A DNA stretch of 64,000 nt, from positions 3,200,001 through 3,264,000 of the forward strand of contig CBDASK010000003.1 in the NCBI GenBank assembly GCA_965199495.1, written 5' to 3'. The notes beneath the pieces were generated by a model. That model saw only the letters and a program-made list of their open reading frames with translations, had not been told where the DNA came from and ran no database searches. The stretch comes from Abditibacterium sp. (GTDB taxonomy: Bacteria; Armatimonadota; Abditibacteriia; Abditibacteriales; Abditibacteriaceae). Position numbers and translations under genes: made by a program. Below, piece by piece: positions 1 through 11,364 of the stretch (the stretch's first letter is position 1; every line of letters starts with the position of its first letter).

Positions 1-2
1 AG

Positions 3-1796
3 CGACGGCAAAGTCATGCCCGCCGGATGATCTTCGACCAGGCGCGAGAGCAATTCAAAGAGCGACATTCGGGCGGCGGGTTTGCGCAAATCTTCCAATT
101 CGTGCAAGCGCCGCGGTGTCATGAACGTTTCGGCGTTAGGCCGATCCACGCTGATTTCGATGCCTTTGTCGGTGCGCTCGAACTTAATTGTGCCGCCCGA
201 TGGCGGCAGATTTTCGTCGAACCACTGGCCCATTTCGTAAACGATGCCGATGGCGCGCGCGACCCAGACTTCCAAGTTTTCGTCGTCTTCGGGATCGTGA
301 AATTTGAACTGCACAAACGGTTCGGTCATGCCGAAAAACGCGCGATCCACGCCGCGAATTTTGACCGTGCCACTGCGAATGTGATGGTTGAGCATCACGA
401 TTTTGGTTTCGGTCGGCGTTTTGTCCGATTCGGGCAGAGCCGACACTTCGATTTCCTCGCCGATGTCTTCCCACATCGGATCGTGAACGAAAGCGGCGGC
501 GCCGCCATCTAAACCGGCGTCGTCGAGCGCATAATCGAACGGCGCGTCGGTTTTCGGATCAACGATTTGCAGCGCAATTGGCAACAGAGTTTCGGGCACG
601 ACTCCGACATAAGGCGGCACTTCGGCGCCGCGCGCCGCCAAATCGAGCGATTCTGGCGTTGGCTCGGCTTCGACTGCGGCGACTTCCGGTGCGGCGTTTT
701 CGACTTCGCCCTCGGATGCAGCCACGGCGGCGGTCTCCGTTTCAACTTCGGCTTGCGGCGCCGCGATTTCGGCGGTCGGTTCGTTGGCGGCGGCGACGAT
801 GGTTTCGGTTTCCGATTGCGCGGCGGGCGCGATGAGTTCGCCCAACCATTCCTGGGTGAGCGCGCGCAAATCGGGGATTTGGGCTTGCAGCGTGACGAAA
901 CCGTCAATGAGCGGCTGGAACAACGCGCGGTCGTTGAGCGTGGCTGCCAATTCGCGCGGCGAGAATTGGCCGGGCGCGTTGCAATGCACGAAAAATCCGA
1001 TGACCTTTTGGTTGAGCGGGCCGCCGGTGAATTCCATCAATTCGAGCGCGATGGCGCTCGGATCGGTCGCGCTAATTTCGGCGAATTCGCGCAAGCCCTG
1101 AAAATCGGGATCGCGGCTCAAACGGTTCTCGCGAATCAGCATTTCGTCGTCGGGCGCGCCCATACGCAACATCCAATTCTCGTGCAGATAAATGCCCGGC
1201 GCAATCGGAATCGCCCAGCGCAGAGTTTTGATGATGCCGTTGACGATATTTTTTAGATTCGGATCGTGCGAGTGCAGCATCAAACTAACTTCGCGCGCGA
1301 TGACCGGAACCGGCAACGGCTTTCCAACCGCCAGCAAAAGCTCGCGAATCAACGATTCGATGGGCGCGCGGGCGCGGTCTTCGCGGCTCTGGTTGCGGCG
1401 CTTGCTGTGCCAGATCAAATTCCATGCGCCATCGTCGAAGCGCACGCGCTTCGATTTGCTCAGCGCCTGACCGATGGCGGGCAACGGCAACGACCAACCT
1501 TCGGCGCGTTCGGCCAGTTTTTCGGACGTGAGCGCGTGGCCCGCCGAAAGCAGCGAAGTCACGACGAAATCTTCCAGAAAAAGCAGGGCCGGAGAAAACT
1601 CTTCTTCGTGTTCCGGCTCCGGTTCAACGATAACTTCGGGAGTGGGCGCGACTTCGGCAACAGCATCTGTGGCGGCAGTTTCGGTTTTTGCCGCGCTTTT
1701 GCGTTTGCGCGGGGCGCGCTTGCGAGGCGGTCTGGGGGAATCTTCGGGAGCGGAACTGGGGGACAACTCGATCTGTTCTGTTTCTAATGTGGGCAT
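3..1796 (-). CDS. Large hypothetical protein, C-terminal part runs off the window start
   Basis: Not in the ORF track. Read by hand from ATG at 1796 (MPTLETEQIELSPS...) with no stop before position 1. Acidic Ala/Glu linkers separate globular segments. Confidence 0.75.
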   Translation of the reverse strand, partial: MPTLETEQIELSPSSAPEDSPRPPRKRAPRKRKSAAKTETAATDAVAEVAPTPEVIVEPEPEHEEEFSPALLFLEDFVVTSLLSAGHALTSEKLAERAEGWSLPLPAIGQALSKSKRVRFDDGAWNLIWHSKRRNQSREDRARAPIESLIRELLLAVGKPLPVPVIAREVSLMLHSHDPNLKNIVNGIIKTLRWAIPIAPGIYLHENWMLRMGAPDDEMLIRENRLSRDPDFQGLREFAEISATDPSAIALELMEFTGGPLNQKVIGFFVHCNAPGQFSPRELAATLNDRALFQPLIDGFVTLQAQIPDLRALTQEWLGELIAPAAQSETETIVAAANEPTAEIAAPQAEVETETAAVAASEGEVENAAPEVAAVEAEPTPESLDLAARGAEVPPYVGVVPETLLPIALQIVDPKTDAPFDYALDDAGLDGGAAAFVHDPMWEDIGEEIEVSALPESDKTPTETKIVMLNHHIRSGTVKIRGVDRAFFGMTEPFVQFKFHDPEDDENLEVWVARAIGIVYEMGQWFDENLPPSGGTIKFERTDKGIEISVDRPNAETFMTPRRLHELEDLRKPAARMSLFELLSRLVEDHPAGMTLPS

Positions 1797-2021
1797 ATGG
1801 CGGGCGAAAACCTCGAATGACGCGCTAAACGGCAAACAACCCGGACGCTTTTCATATAAACGTGCCGGGATGCTCCAGACGGGTGGGCGCCGATGGGGTT
1901 GCAATTGGCAATTGCGCGAAACTGGCAGTATAACCGGATGCCAGATTTCGGATGTCAGATTTCAGATAACGGAAATGAGAATCGTAGGCCCTTGCCCCAT
2001 GACAGAGCGATCCTATAATCA

Positions 2022-2056
2022 AAAAGTCCGCGACAATTCAATTGTCGCGGACTTTT
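2022..2056 (-). terminator. Rho-independent terminator (bidirectional-type hairpin)
   Basis: aaaagtccgcgacaat-tca-attgtcgcggactttt just downstream of the NlpC/P60 gene. Confidence 0.7.
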
Positions 2057-2088
2057 ATCTGATTATCCGAAATCTGTCATCCGAAATC

Positions 2089-3633
2089 TTAGCGGCGGGC
2101 GCCGACGAAGATGTTCCAGTTGCGGCCTTGAAACAGTTTGGAGACCATGACTTTGCGGCCCGACCCCGAAGCGTGAACGAACAATCCGTCGCCCATGTAA
2201 AGTCCGGTGTGGTCAACGCGCGTGCCCGACGCCGAGAAATACAAACGGTCGCCCGGTTGCAGGTTGGCCGGATCAACGGCCTGACCGACTTTGGCCTGTT
2301 CTGCCGCCGTGCGCGGCAGGTTGATGCCGCACGATTTGAACGAATTCTGGATCATCGCCGAGCAGTCAATGCCGTTGCGTCCGGTGCCGCCATAGACGTA
2401 GCGTGTGCCCAGCCAACGCAGCGCCTGCGCGACGGTTCTGCTGCGCGTCGAGTAAGCGCCGACGTTATAAACCGCGTCGCCGCCCGGCCCATCGAGCGGA
2501 CGGATTTGCTGCGAAACGTCCAATGTCTGGTCTGTCATACGCAGATATTTGGTCGGCACCCAACCGGTCGAATGATCGCTCATTAAAACCGCCGACCACA
2601 TGCCCTTGGAAGTCAAAACTGCCAACTGGCTGCCCTGCGGGCACTGGAACAACATCGCCGCCGAAGGTTCGGGAATGCGACGAATCGCCGCGCCCGATAG
2701 AGCCACGTCGGCCACGCGGGCGATGTTGGCGCCCGTCACGACCGGCTGCGACACCACATCGGGCGCGGCCATGCCCACGCGCGGGGCGGGCGCATCTTCG
2801 TTGGAAGGCAAAACTCGCACGCCGCCACCCATCGCGGTGCGCGCCAACTGGCCGTAGCCGCCGCGCGAGGCCAAAACGCCGCGCGAACCGGGGCCAAAAA
2901 CCGGAGCTTTGTCGGGAGTCGCGTCTTTGGCAACCGGCAAGTTGGTTTCGGTCGCGGTATAAACGCCGTCGCCCAGCGAACGCGGCGCGAAGTTGGGCGT
3001 GATAATCGGCGGCATCTTTTGCGCCACGGTCGAAACCGTTGGGAACGCGCGCGCCGTCGTGGCGATGCGCTGCGCCGTGGCGGGAGCGGTATAACTGGTT
3101 CTATCGAGCGGCACGACAATGGTCGCACCAGCCACGAGCGCGATGCTGTTGTTGCGATTGCGCAGTGAATCGGCGCTGACATCGTAGCCCGCCGAACTAT
3201 AGCGCGCGGCGATGGCTTCCCACGAATCGCCCAGACGAACGGTTTCGCTCATGGTGCGCGCGATGAAGCCGGAGCCGGTGGCTGATGCGCCGCCCAGAGA
3301 GGAGCCGAACGCGTTGGCGCTTGCGTTGGTCGAGGCAATGGGCGAAGCTGTGTTGGTTAAACCGGTCAGAGCGGATTCGCTCCCAGCTTGAATGCCGGGC
3401 ACGCGCAAAAGCATGGCGGGCAAATAGGCGCTATCTTCGCCTTTGAGGCCGTTGGCCGTCCGCAAATCGCTCGTCGAAACGTGATATTTGGCGGCGACAG
3501 ACGACAATGTTTCGCCTTGAGCGACAGCGTGGTAAACGTCAGCACGCGCCATTGGCGCGGAAACAGCTAAAAGACCACAGAACAAAAATCCGCTAACGGA
3601 TACAGCTTGCACAGTTAAACGACCATTACGCAT
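2089..3633 (-). CDS. LysM + SH3b + NlpC/P60 peptidoglycan endopeptidase
   Basis: Signal peptide; LysM (HAVAQGETLSSVAAKY); SH3-like GWVPTKYL; NlpC/P60 motifs YVYGG, IDCS, HTGLY, HAS. Confidence 0.9.
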   Translation of the reverse strand: MRNGRLTVQAVSVSGFLFCGLLAVSAPMARADVYHAVAQGETLSSVAAKYHVSTSDLRTANGLKGEDSAYLPAMLLRVPGIQAGSESALTGLTNTASPIASTNASANAFGSSLGGASATGSGFIARTMSETVRLGDSWEAIAARYSSAGYDVSADSLRNRNNSIALVAGATIVVPLDRTSYTAPATAQRIATTARAFPTVSTVAQKMPPIITPNFAPRSLGDGVYTATETNLPVAKDATPDKAPVFGPGSRGVLASRGGYGQLARTAMGGGVRVLPSNEDAPAPRVGMAAPDVVSQPVVTGANIARVADVALSGAAIRRIPEPSAAMLFQCPQGSQLAVLTSKGMWSAVLMSDHSTGWVPTKYLRMTDQTLDVSQQIRPLDGPGGDAVYNVGAYSTRSRTVAQALRWLGTRYVYGGTGRNGIDCSAMIQNSFKSCGINLPRTAAEQAKVGQAVDPANLQPGDRLYFSASGTRVDHTGLYMGDGLFVHASGSGRKVMVSKLFQGRNWNIFVGARR

Positions 3634-4069
3634 GAAATCACCTTGAAATTTCCCAGCCGGGATGGAGCCGCGAAAGACTCTCGTCGTGCTTCACCTTTCG
3701 TTGGAATTGCGCTGCGCATTGATAATCAAGGGCAACGAGCGAAAGACGAATTGAAAAATGGGTTCCTTTGGTTCGCGTTTGTGGCAACAATCCCAACTTC
3801 AGAGGGACTGTCAGGTAAAGATGAGCCAAGAAAAAGCTCTGCTTTGCCACAGTTGCGGAAATTTTACCCCGAACTTTCTTTCAACACAAGTCAAAATTTC
3901 TGATTTCCCCCTTGCTCCATTTTTGCCGTTCACGCTGAAAATGGGCGCCGAGAGTGAAATCGCGAAAAATTTAAAATTGGATTTTTCGGGAAATTTCGCT
4001 TTATCGCGCGAAAAATTTGGGCAATTTGGGGAGTTGGTTGCGAAGAGATTATCAAATGCAAACTTCGTT

Positions 4070-4534
4070 TTAATCTCGCTTCAATAAATCCAGCCGCATC
4101 CGCAAATGCGGCCCAATGCCCTGAATTTCGAACACTTCGCCCACGCCAATGAATCCTTCGCGGCGATACAGTTCGACGGCGCGCACACGCGCGTTGCACC
4201 ACAAAACCGGTGCGTTTTCCTCGCGCGCCGCTTCAATACAGCGCAACACAATCGCGCGTCCGATGCCGCGTCCGCGCTGATTTTCGCTGACCGACATTCC
4301 ACGCAATTGCCAGCCACCGGGCGTGGCTCCTTCCGAATCGATATCGTTTGGCTCGGAGTTGGGCGAAATATATCCGGCGCCGACGAGTTCGCCTTCAGCA
4401 AACGCGCCGAAATGACGCGAGCCGGGCGGATTATTATCGTGAAAATTCACTTGTTCGACGGGAATGCCCGCGCGCAAAACGGCGGCGCGTAAGCTAAAAG
4501 TTTGGGCGGCAGAGAGTTCGACAATTTCGATCAT
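4070..4534 (-). CDS. GNAT family N-acetyltransferase
   Basis: QLRGMSV..QRGRGIG acetyl-CoA motif and WCNAR; start taken at MIEIVEL. Confidence 0.85.
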   Translation of the reverse strand: MIEIVELSAAQTFSLRAAVLRAGIPVEQVNFHDNNPPGSRHFGAFAEGELVGAGYISPNSEPNDIDSEGATPGGWQLRGMSVSENQRGRGIGRAIVLRCIEAAREENAPVLWCNARVRAVELYRREGFIGVGEVFEIQGIGPHLRMRLDLLKRD

Positions 4535-4612
4535 CGCAGGAGATTTTATCCTTTTGGCGCGATTTTTGGTGGTATTAAAGGGCTTCCCCACACAAGGAGA
4601 AACTCAAAAATT

Positions 4613-5617
4613 ATGGCAAGACCAGTAACACTCTTCACCGGACAATGGGCGGATTTGCCGCTCAGCGAACTCGCGCCGCGCGCCAAAGAAATGGGCTTCG
4701 ACGGCCTCGAACTCGCCTGTTGGGGCGATCATTTCGATGTCTCGAAAGGCGCCACAGACCAAGTCTATTGCGACGCGCAAAAGAAAATTTTGAGCGACAA
4801 CGGTTTGCAACTGTTCACGATTTCCAACCATTTGGTCGGTCAGGCGGTTTCGGACAAAATTGACGAGCGCCACAAAGCGATTTTGCCCGATCACGTCTGG
4901 GGCGACGGCGATCCCAAAGGCGTCAATCAGCGCGCCGCGCAGGAAATGATGGACACCGCGCGCGCGGCCAAAAACTTGGGCATTCAAACCGTTTGCGGCT
5001 TTACCGGCTCTTCGATTTGGCCGTATTTGTATTCGTTCCCGCCGGTTCCGCCCGCGTGGATTGACAAAGGTTACGAAGATTTCGCCGCCGACTGGAATCC
5101 GATTTTGGACGTGTTCGACGAATGCGGCGTTAAGTTCGCCTTGGAAGTTCACCCGACCGAAATCGCGTTTGATTTGGTGACGGCGCAACGTGCTTTGGAC
5201 GCATTAGATAATCGCGAAGCGTTCGGTTTCAATTACGATCCATCGCATTTGGGTTATCAACACGTCGCCTATGTAGATTTCATTCGCGAGTTTGCCGACC
5301 GGATTTATCACGTTCACATGAAAGACGTTTACTGGTCGAGTTCGATGCAGCGTAGCGGCGTTTTCGGCGGCCATTTGCCGTTTGGCGATTGGCGCCGTTA
5401 TTGGGATTTTCGCTCGCTTGGCCACGGCAAAATTGATTTCGAGGAGATCATTCGCGCGCTTAACTCGATTGACTATCAAGGCCCGCTTTCCATCGAATGG
5501 GAAGATTCCGGCATGGACCGGTTTCACGGCGCGACCGAAGCGGCGGCGTTCACCAAAAACGCCGATTTCAAGCCGTCCGAGCGCGCGTTTGACGCGGCGT
5601 TCGACGACCAAAATTAA
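4613..5617 (+). CDS. Sugar phosphate isomerase/epimerase (AP endonuclease 2 TIM barrel, IolE-like)
   Basis: [33 protein letters not shown] and SIEWED metal motifs; RBS aggag upstream. Confidence 0.9.
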   Translation: MARPVTLFTGQWADLPLSELAPRAKEMGFDGLELACWGDHFDVSKGATDQVYCDAQKKILSDNGLQLFTISNHLVGQAVSDKIDERHKAILPDHVWGDGDPKGVNQRAAQEMMDTARAAKNLGIQTVCGFTGSSIWPYLYSFPPVPPAWIDKGYEDFAADWNPILDVFDECGVKFALEVHPTEIAFDLVTAQRALDALDNREAFGFNYDPSHLGYQHVAYVDFIREFADRIYHVHMKDVYWSSSMQRSGVFGGHLPFGDWRRYWDFRSLGHGKIDFEEIIRALNSIDYQGPLSIEWEDSGMDRFHGATEAAAFTKNADFKPSERAFDAAFDDQN

Positions 5618-5626
5618 GATGTTACC

Positions 5627-5670
5627 AACAGAGATGCCGCTTCAATTCGTGAAGCGGCATCTCTGTTTTT
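5627..5670 (+). terminator. Rho-independent terminator
   Basis: 18-bp stem aacagagatgccgcttca/tgaagcggcatctctgtt followed by T-tract. Confidence 0.8.
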
Positions 5671-5724
5671 GGTGACTGGCAGACGCGCAAATTTTTTGTT
5701 GGCGTGATATAAATAAATGGAATT

Positions 5725-6132
5725 ATGAACACACAAATCGAATCGCATCAGGAGAAGACAAGCTCGGATGTGCGCGTGCAGGCGACCGCTAAAATCTGGG
5801 TTTTTTCCATCGCGATTATGGGCGTCGCCATTCCCATCACGGCGATTACGGGAAGCGTATTAATTCCAGCGTTGGTCGCCATTAGCCCGGCGTTGGCGAC
5901 GGCGGCGGTCTGGTATTTCGGCGCCCAGAGCCACAACATTCCAACGCCGAGTTCTGCTGACAATCGCGCGGAGCGTGTTGGCGCGCAACGCATCGCAGAG
6001 TTGGAAGAGCGTCTGGCCAATCTGGAAACCATCGATAATTTCGAGCGCCGTTTGGCCGAAGAAAGTTTGAAACGCGACAACGACAAAACCGATCTCGCAA
6101 AACACATCCAGCCCCAATTGGAAACGCAATGA
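5725..6132 (+). CDS. Small membrane protein with C-terminal coiled coil
   Basis: Two hydrophobic helices followed by RIAELEERLANLETI. Confidence 0.7.
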   Translation: MNTQIESHQEKTSSDVRVQATAKIWVFSIAIMGVAIPITAITGSVLIPALVAISPALATAAVWYFGAQSHNIPTPSSADNRAERVGAQRIAELEERLANLETIDNFERRLAEESLKRDNDKTDLAKHIQPQLETQ

Positions 6133-6203
6133 ACGTTCTCGCGCACAACAGAACCTCGCGCTTTTAAACGAACGCCCGTTACTCCCACGCGTAAATTTGC
6201 GCC

Positions 6204-6887
6204 ATGAAACTCTCTCGTCGTCGCGCACTCGTTGCTGCTTGCACTTTTGTCGCGTTGACAGCAGCCACGGCGACTTTGCCCGCGCCGTTCAATCCGCAAT
6301 TTATCGCGAATTATTTTGGAATTTCGCCGCGTCGCAATCAAACGCCATTAAAACCACAAAGTGCGACGGCGGCGAAGATTTTAGCGGGCGCCAAATCACA
6401 AATCGGCACGCATTACGACGCGAGTTACCAAACGATTGCCTATCCGATGGGCGACGTGGCTGCATCGAAGGGCGCCTGCACCGATGTCGTAATTCGCGCT
6501 TTGCGCAACGCCGGATTCGACCTGCAAAAGCGCATTCACGACGACATGACCGCGCGCTTCAACGCTTATCCCAAAACATGGGGATTGGATGCGCCTAATC
6601 CAAATATTGATCATCGGCGCGTGCCCAATCAAATAGTTTATTTCGCCAAATATGGGCGCGAACTGCCGCTTTCGACGAGCCGCGAAAATTTAAAAAGTTG
6701 GCAAGTCGGCGACATCGTTTATTGGAACACGGGCAATGCGGACAACACGCGTTTGCATACCGGCATCGTTTCCGACACGCGCGATTGGCGCGGTTTGCCC
6801 TACGTGATTCATAACGGCAGCATCTGCATCGAAGACGATGCGCTGGATCGCTGGCCGATTATCGGACATTTTCGTTTTCCGAAATAG
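6204..6887 (+). CDS. DUF1287 (YijF-like) NlpC/P60-superfamily secreted protein
   Basis: YDASY..IAYPMGDV, GACTDVVIRALR, IDHRRVPN and HTGIVS motifs. Confidence 0.85.
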   Translation: MKLSRRRALVAACTFVALTAATATLPAPFNPQFIANYFGISPRRNQTPLKPQSATAAKILAGAKSQIGTHYDASYQTIAYPMGDVAASKGACTDVVIRALRNAGFDLQKRIHDDMTARFNAYPKTWGLDAPNPNIDHRRVPNQIVYFAKYGRELPLSTSRENLKSWQVGDIVYWNTGNADNTRLHTGIVSDTRDWRGLPYVIHNGSICIEDDALDRWPIIGHFRFPK

Positions 6888-7025
6888 AAATAGCCACAGA
6901 GGGCACAGAGAAGCACAGAGGGGGAACAAAGAAATTTGATAGAAAAAGGAAAGCAATTTCTGCTCTTTTTAAATTTCTTTGTTCCCCCTCTGTGCTTCTC
7001 TGTGCCCTCTGTGGCTATTTCTATT
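6883..7025. repeat. 55-bp perfect inverted repeat (CACAGAG family)
   Basis: Arms 6883-6937 and 6971-7025 between convergent genes. Confidence 0.9.
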
Positions 7026-9086
7026 CTATTTACCCGAACGAATTTGATACATCCGCGTGCCGACATCGCGGACGGCGGCGCGCAGTTCGGGGTAGGGATT
7101 GTTGGTGTTATCGAACAGTCCGTCCTCATAATTTTCGCCATCGGCGCGCCCGGTGATGGCTTGCGGACAATAGGCGAACCAGTGCGCACCGACGATATAA
7201 GGGTTTTTCAGCGCGCCCTCGACGTAGAACCGATACTTCTCGGCGCGGTCGTTTTGATCCGACGCCGATTGCAAACCCGTTCCAAACGTTCCTCGGTCGA
7301 GCGAACCGAAATGAAATTCGGACGCGATGACGGGTTTATCTACGTCGTCGGCACGAAAATCGCTGATGTCGGAGCGATATAAATTGAAGCTCAGCACGTC
7401 GCAATATTTGCCCGCGCAGCGCACCGAAATCGAGTTGGAAACGTGCATGCGCGAACCCAAATACAGTTTGCCGGGCGCGTATTTATGCAACGCATCGGCG
7501 CAGGTCTTGAAGTAAATATCGCCATAACTTTCGTAAAACGCTTCACTTTCGGCCTTGACGCCGAATAAATCGAAGCCTTTGCGATTAGCAGCCACGGCGT
7601 CCCAGTCGGCGAAGTTTTGGCCGGTCGCGCGATTGAAATCGGCGATGTCAGGCATTTTTGCGCGCAACGTTTTAATCCATTCGATTTTGGTGTAAACGTT
7701 TGGATCGGCTTTCATCACGTTTGACATGAAGCCCAACGCGTTGCCGGGCCAAGCCATTTCGTTGTGAACGAAAAAGCCGATGCACCACGGATCATTGGCG
7801 TATTTGGCGACGCCGTCTTTGATGCTGTTGCTGAAATTTACAACGAAATCGGGATTGTAAACGTCCCAGTTGGTCTCGCCGTCAAAGGTCGGCGACCACG
7901 GCCACAGCGACGCGGTGAACGGCGTTACGTCCATCTCCTGAATGTCGGCGCTGCTCCAGTTGCCGATGGTATTCATGCCCCAACTGTGCAAACGTTGATG
8001 CGTCAAATCGCGATTGAAATTTTCCCAATTCGCGCCATATTGCCGCTCCATATTCCACGCCAAAAAGTTCGCGTCGCGCGGCGCATCCGGCTTGTCGCCG
8101 CCCGACCAAACGCCTTTTAAATCGCGCGGTGGCAGTTCCTCAAAGAAATTTTCGCGCCCGGTCACGCGCGTGCCCGCCGAATCAATGCCGACGCTGTTTG
8201 GCCCGTGCGACCAGAACAAATGGCCATCGGGGTCAACGATCCACCATTTGCCGTCGCGCTTAACCGTGCCCCAATTCCCGTTGGCTACAAGTTGTGGCCC
8301 GGTTTTCCAGCCGCCAAACCGATCCCACGACGCGGGCATCGGATGCGCTTTCAAATCGCGCGCCTCAGCGCGGGCGTTGGCTTTGAGTTGCGCGTCGCTT
8401 TTCACTTTGCCCGGCCAATTCGCCCAGCGATATTGGCCGTATCGGTCAACGAACGGAAAAAACGCGGCGCCTTTTTCCCGCAAAATCGCGGGCACAATCG
8501 GGTGTGTCGCGCGAATCGAGAAAACCTGCAATTGTTGTGGTTTGCTTTGTCCGCCGACGATTTCGATTTGCAAAGCGCGCACATCGCGGGCATCGAGCGC
8601 GTGCCAGTGACTGAGCAAACCGCCGGGCAAACCGCTCATGCCGATGAACGGTTTGAGTTCGGGATATTGATCGCGCACGTTATATTGGCGCGGAATCAAC
8701 AAATTAAAAATTTTGCGTTGGCCCGGCGCCAGAAAGCCGGTGTCAATGGCTGAATTGCCCCAATCGGTCGCGCCGTCGTTGTCGGCGCGCACGCGAATTT
8801 GCATCTTTTGCGTGCCGACGTTGGCGACATCGAATTCCAAACGCGTGAAATCGCCGATGTCCCAATTCTTGGTGGTCGGTCGCAATGTCCTCGAAGCGCC
8901 CGCTCCGGGCGGTGCGTTTAAGACGAGTTTTCCAGTTTTTTCGCTGGTGCGGAAATCGAAGAGCGTTACGGAATCGTTTGTTCTAACCTTGATGGGCGCC
9001 GTGGCTGGTTGGGCCAAACAGTTGTTGGCGAGCAATGGCAGACTTAAAAGTGAAAGCGCCAGCGCGCTGGTTAAATGATGTTTCAT
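7026..9086 (-). CDS. Secreted beta-agarase-like glycoside hydrolase (GH50-like)
   Basis: Own signal peptide (MKHHLTSALALSLLSLP); FVDRYGQY, WWIVDPDGHLFWSHG, WGMNTIGNWS, VHNE and SEFHFG motifs; in frame with the upstream YidR-like ORF. Confidence 0.8.
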   Translation of the reverse strand: MKHHLTSALALSLLSLPLLANNCLAQPATAPIKVRTNDSVTLFDFRTSEKTGKLVLNAPPGAGASRTLRPTTKNWDIGDFTRLEFDVANVGTQKMQIRVRADNDGATDWGNSAIDTGFLAPGQRKIFNLLIPRQYNVRDQYPELKPFIGMSGLPGGLLSHWHALDARDVRALQIEIVGGQSKPQQLQVFSIRATHPIVPAILREKGAAFFPFVDRYGQYRWANWPGKVKSDAQLKANARAEARDLKAHPMPASWDRFGGWKTGPQLVANGNWGTVKRDGKWWIVDPDGHLFWSHGPNSVGIDSAGTRVTGRENFFEELPPRDLKGVWSGGDKPDAPRDANFLAWNMERQYGANWENFNRDLTHQRLHSWGMNTIGNWSSADIQEMDVTPFTASLWPWSPTFDGETNWDVYNPDFVVNFSNSIKDGVAKYANDPWCIGFFVHNEMAWPGNALGFMSNVMKADPNVYTKIEWIKTLRAKMPDIADFNRATGQNFADWDAVAANRKGFDLFGVKAESEAFYESYGDIYFKTCADALHKYAPGKLYLGSRMHVSNSISVRCAGKYCDVLSFNLYRSDISDFRADDVDKPVIASEFHFGSLDRGTFGTGLQSASDQNDRAEKYRFYVEGALKNPYIVGAHWFAYCPQAITGRADGENYEDGLFDNTNNPYPELRAAVRDVGTRMYQIRSGK

Positions 9087-10553
9087 AATGCTCGTTGTGT
9101 TAAGTGGTCGGCAAAAAAGAGAATCAATAAAAATCGATTGTGACCAGCGCATTTTGCCCGTCAACATCAACAGCTTGCCTCCACGAAGCGGCAATTGCAA
9201 AAGGGAACTGGGCAAAAACCCGCGCTCCAAATGGGTTTGATTTCCAATTCGCGCGCCGCCAAAAGTCGCCACGAAAATCTGATTCCAGCCATCAACGCGC
9301 TTCAAATACGCGATCTGTTTTCCGTCCGGCGAGAACACGCAGGCCAACGCCAACGGCACATTTTCGCCCATCGCGCGCGGCGTCACGCGCTGGCTTTTTC
9401 CGTTTTCGCTGTCCACGACAAATACGCTATCATCCGCAACGTAAGTGAGTGATTTGCCTTCGGAATCCCACGTAAACGCCGAAGCCACGCCCCAATTGTC
9501 GCGCGTGATTTGTCGCATTGCGCCGCCCCTCGGTGAAATCGTATGAATTTGCGCGACGCCGTTATCGTCGCGCATCAAAAACGCGATTTGCTCGCCGTCG
9601 GGCGAACTCCGCAACCAATGGCGCGGCCCCGCAATACCGGGAAATTTCCGATTTTCTGTTCGCGTCAAACGGCGTTGCGTTGTGCCCAACGGCGGCGTTG
9701 GCCGTTTGGTCAGCGTGCCCGCGAGCGGCCCGTCGAGTGAAGGGCGCGTCACATCGTTCGGCAAATCGGCGACGAAAACTTCGCTGATTTTCTCACCTTT
9801 TTCGGTCGTTACTTCGCCCTGAAACGCGAGCGCGTGTTTTTGGCGCGTGCCATCGGCGCGCAGGTAACCGTTTGCACCGATCCAACTCTCTTCAAACGCG
9901 CGCCCGATTTCATCAGAGCCGCGCCGTGGCTGGTTGACGGAGCGCGTCGCCAGCACGGTGAAAAAAGCGCCGTCGTGATTGCGCGCGTTATCAGCAGCCA
10001 CGCGCACCGGGCCGATAGGAACACTGACGCCGAGGTTGCGCTGGTCAACGTCGCTGCCGTTGACCGATTCAGCGCCCAGCAACGCATCGTTGTAGGTAAA
10101 GCTGAGCCAATCGCCGCGCGCGTCCCAGATATGAACGTGCGAGCCGCCGCGCAGAGCGCCCGGCGTGAATGGCGGCGTCAAATCGCGCGCATCCAGATGA
10201 ATCGCGCGGTTTGGGCGCGCCGTTTCGACAATAACGCCCTGACGATGCGCGGCGCCATATTGCCAGTCGGGCGTCGGGTTTTTCGGGCCTAAAATAAAAG
10301 CGATGCGCCAATGCTGCGGATCGAAACTGGCGACGCCACAATGCGCGCCGTTTTGCGATTGGTAAAGACGCCGCACCTCGCCGCTTTGCGCGTTCACCAT
10401 TTCGATGCAATCGCCATCGAAAACTGCGCCTTCGGCGTCGGAGCGCACGTCGTAAACCAACCACTTCCCGTCGGGCGACCAGACGTTGGCGTTGGTAAGA
10501 ATATGGCCGTGCGGCGCGAAAGTAATCTGTTTTTCGATGGGCTTTTCCTTCAA
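9087..10553 (-). CDS. DUF3748/YidR-like beta-propeller protein; no stop codon before the downstream GH50 gene
   Basis: EKQITFAPHGHILTNANVWSPDG, DARDLTPPFTPGALRGGSHVH, GPRHWLRSSPDG; recognisable domain ends near 9270. Confidence 0.8.
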
Positions 10554-10607
10554 ATAAAATTAGAATGGGAAACGTTGGTTGACTCGGTTAAAATTTAGGG
10601 TTCAACT

Positions 10608-11360
10608 ATGGCAACTTATCAACAATGTCTTTCGCACTGGTGCATCTCCAAAGCCTCCGACGACGATTTCAAAAAACTCTACGAAATGGGTTTTCGCGGC
10701 GTCGAGTTGGCGCCGCCCGAAACGTGGGATAAATTCCGCGACATGGGATTTTCCATCGTGACGACGGGCGGCCACAAATCCATTGATAAAGGTTTGAACA
10801 ATCCCGCCGATCACGCGCGCATCCTTGACGAAATTCGCGCCAATCTGGAATTGGCTGTCCAATACGAAATTCCCAATCTCATCGTGTTTTCCGGGCGTCG
10901 CGATGGAATGTCGGACGAGCAGGGCATGGCCAACTGCGTCGAGGGTTTGAATTTGGTCAAAGCCGATGCCGAAAAAGCGGGCGTGACCTTGATTATGGAA
11001 TTGCTCAATTCCAAAGTTGACCACAAAGATTATCAATGCGACAAAACCGCGTGGGGCGTCGAAATGGTGAAGCAAGTCAACTCGCCGCGCGTGAAACTGC
11101 TCTACGACATTTATCATATGCAGATCATGGAAGGCGATTTGATTCGCAACATCCGCGATTATATCGAGCATTTCGGCCACATCCATACGGCGGGCAATCC
11201 GGGCCGCCACGATTTGGACGACCAACAGGAAATCTATTATCCCGCCGTGGCTGCTGCCATCGAAGCGACCGGCTACAACGGCTGGGTCGGCCACGAATTT
11301 ATTCCTAAAGGCGAAATTTTGCCCGCGTTGCAACAGGCGTTCGATATTTTCAACGTTTAA
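10608..11360 (+). CDS. Hydroxypyruvate isomerase family TIM barrel protein
   Basis: ELLNSKVDHKDY, LLYDIYHMQIMEGD, HIHTAGNPGR, GHEF. Confidence 0.9.
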   Translation: MATYQQCLSHWCISKASDDDFKKLYEMGFRGVELAPPETWDKFRDMGFSIVTTGGHKSIDKGLNNPADHARILDEIRANLELAVQYEIPNLIVFSGRRDGMSDEQGMANCVEGLNLVKADAEKAGVTLIMELLNSKVDHKDYQCDKTAWGVEMVKQVNSPRVKLLYDIYHMQIMEGDLIRNIRDYIEHFGHIHTAGNPGRHDLDDQQEIYYPAVAAAIEATGYNGWVGHEFIPKGEILPALQQAFDIFNV

Positions 11361-11364
11361 ATTC

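Noticed and set aside
27..1787. Several + strand ORFs in the track
   Set aside because: The likely gene is an open minus-strand frame from 1796 that runs off the window; these ORFs are its shadows.
3634..4069. AT-rich intergenic region as an ncRNA or small ORF
   Set aside because: No recognisable RNA family motif and no convincing RBS or codon bias; probably promoter DNA.
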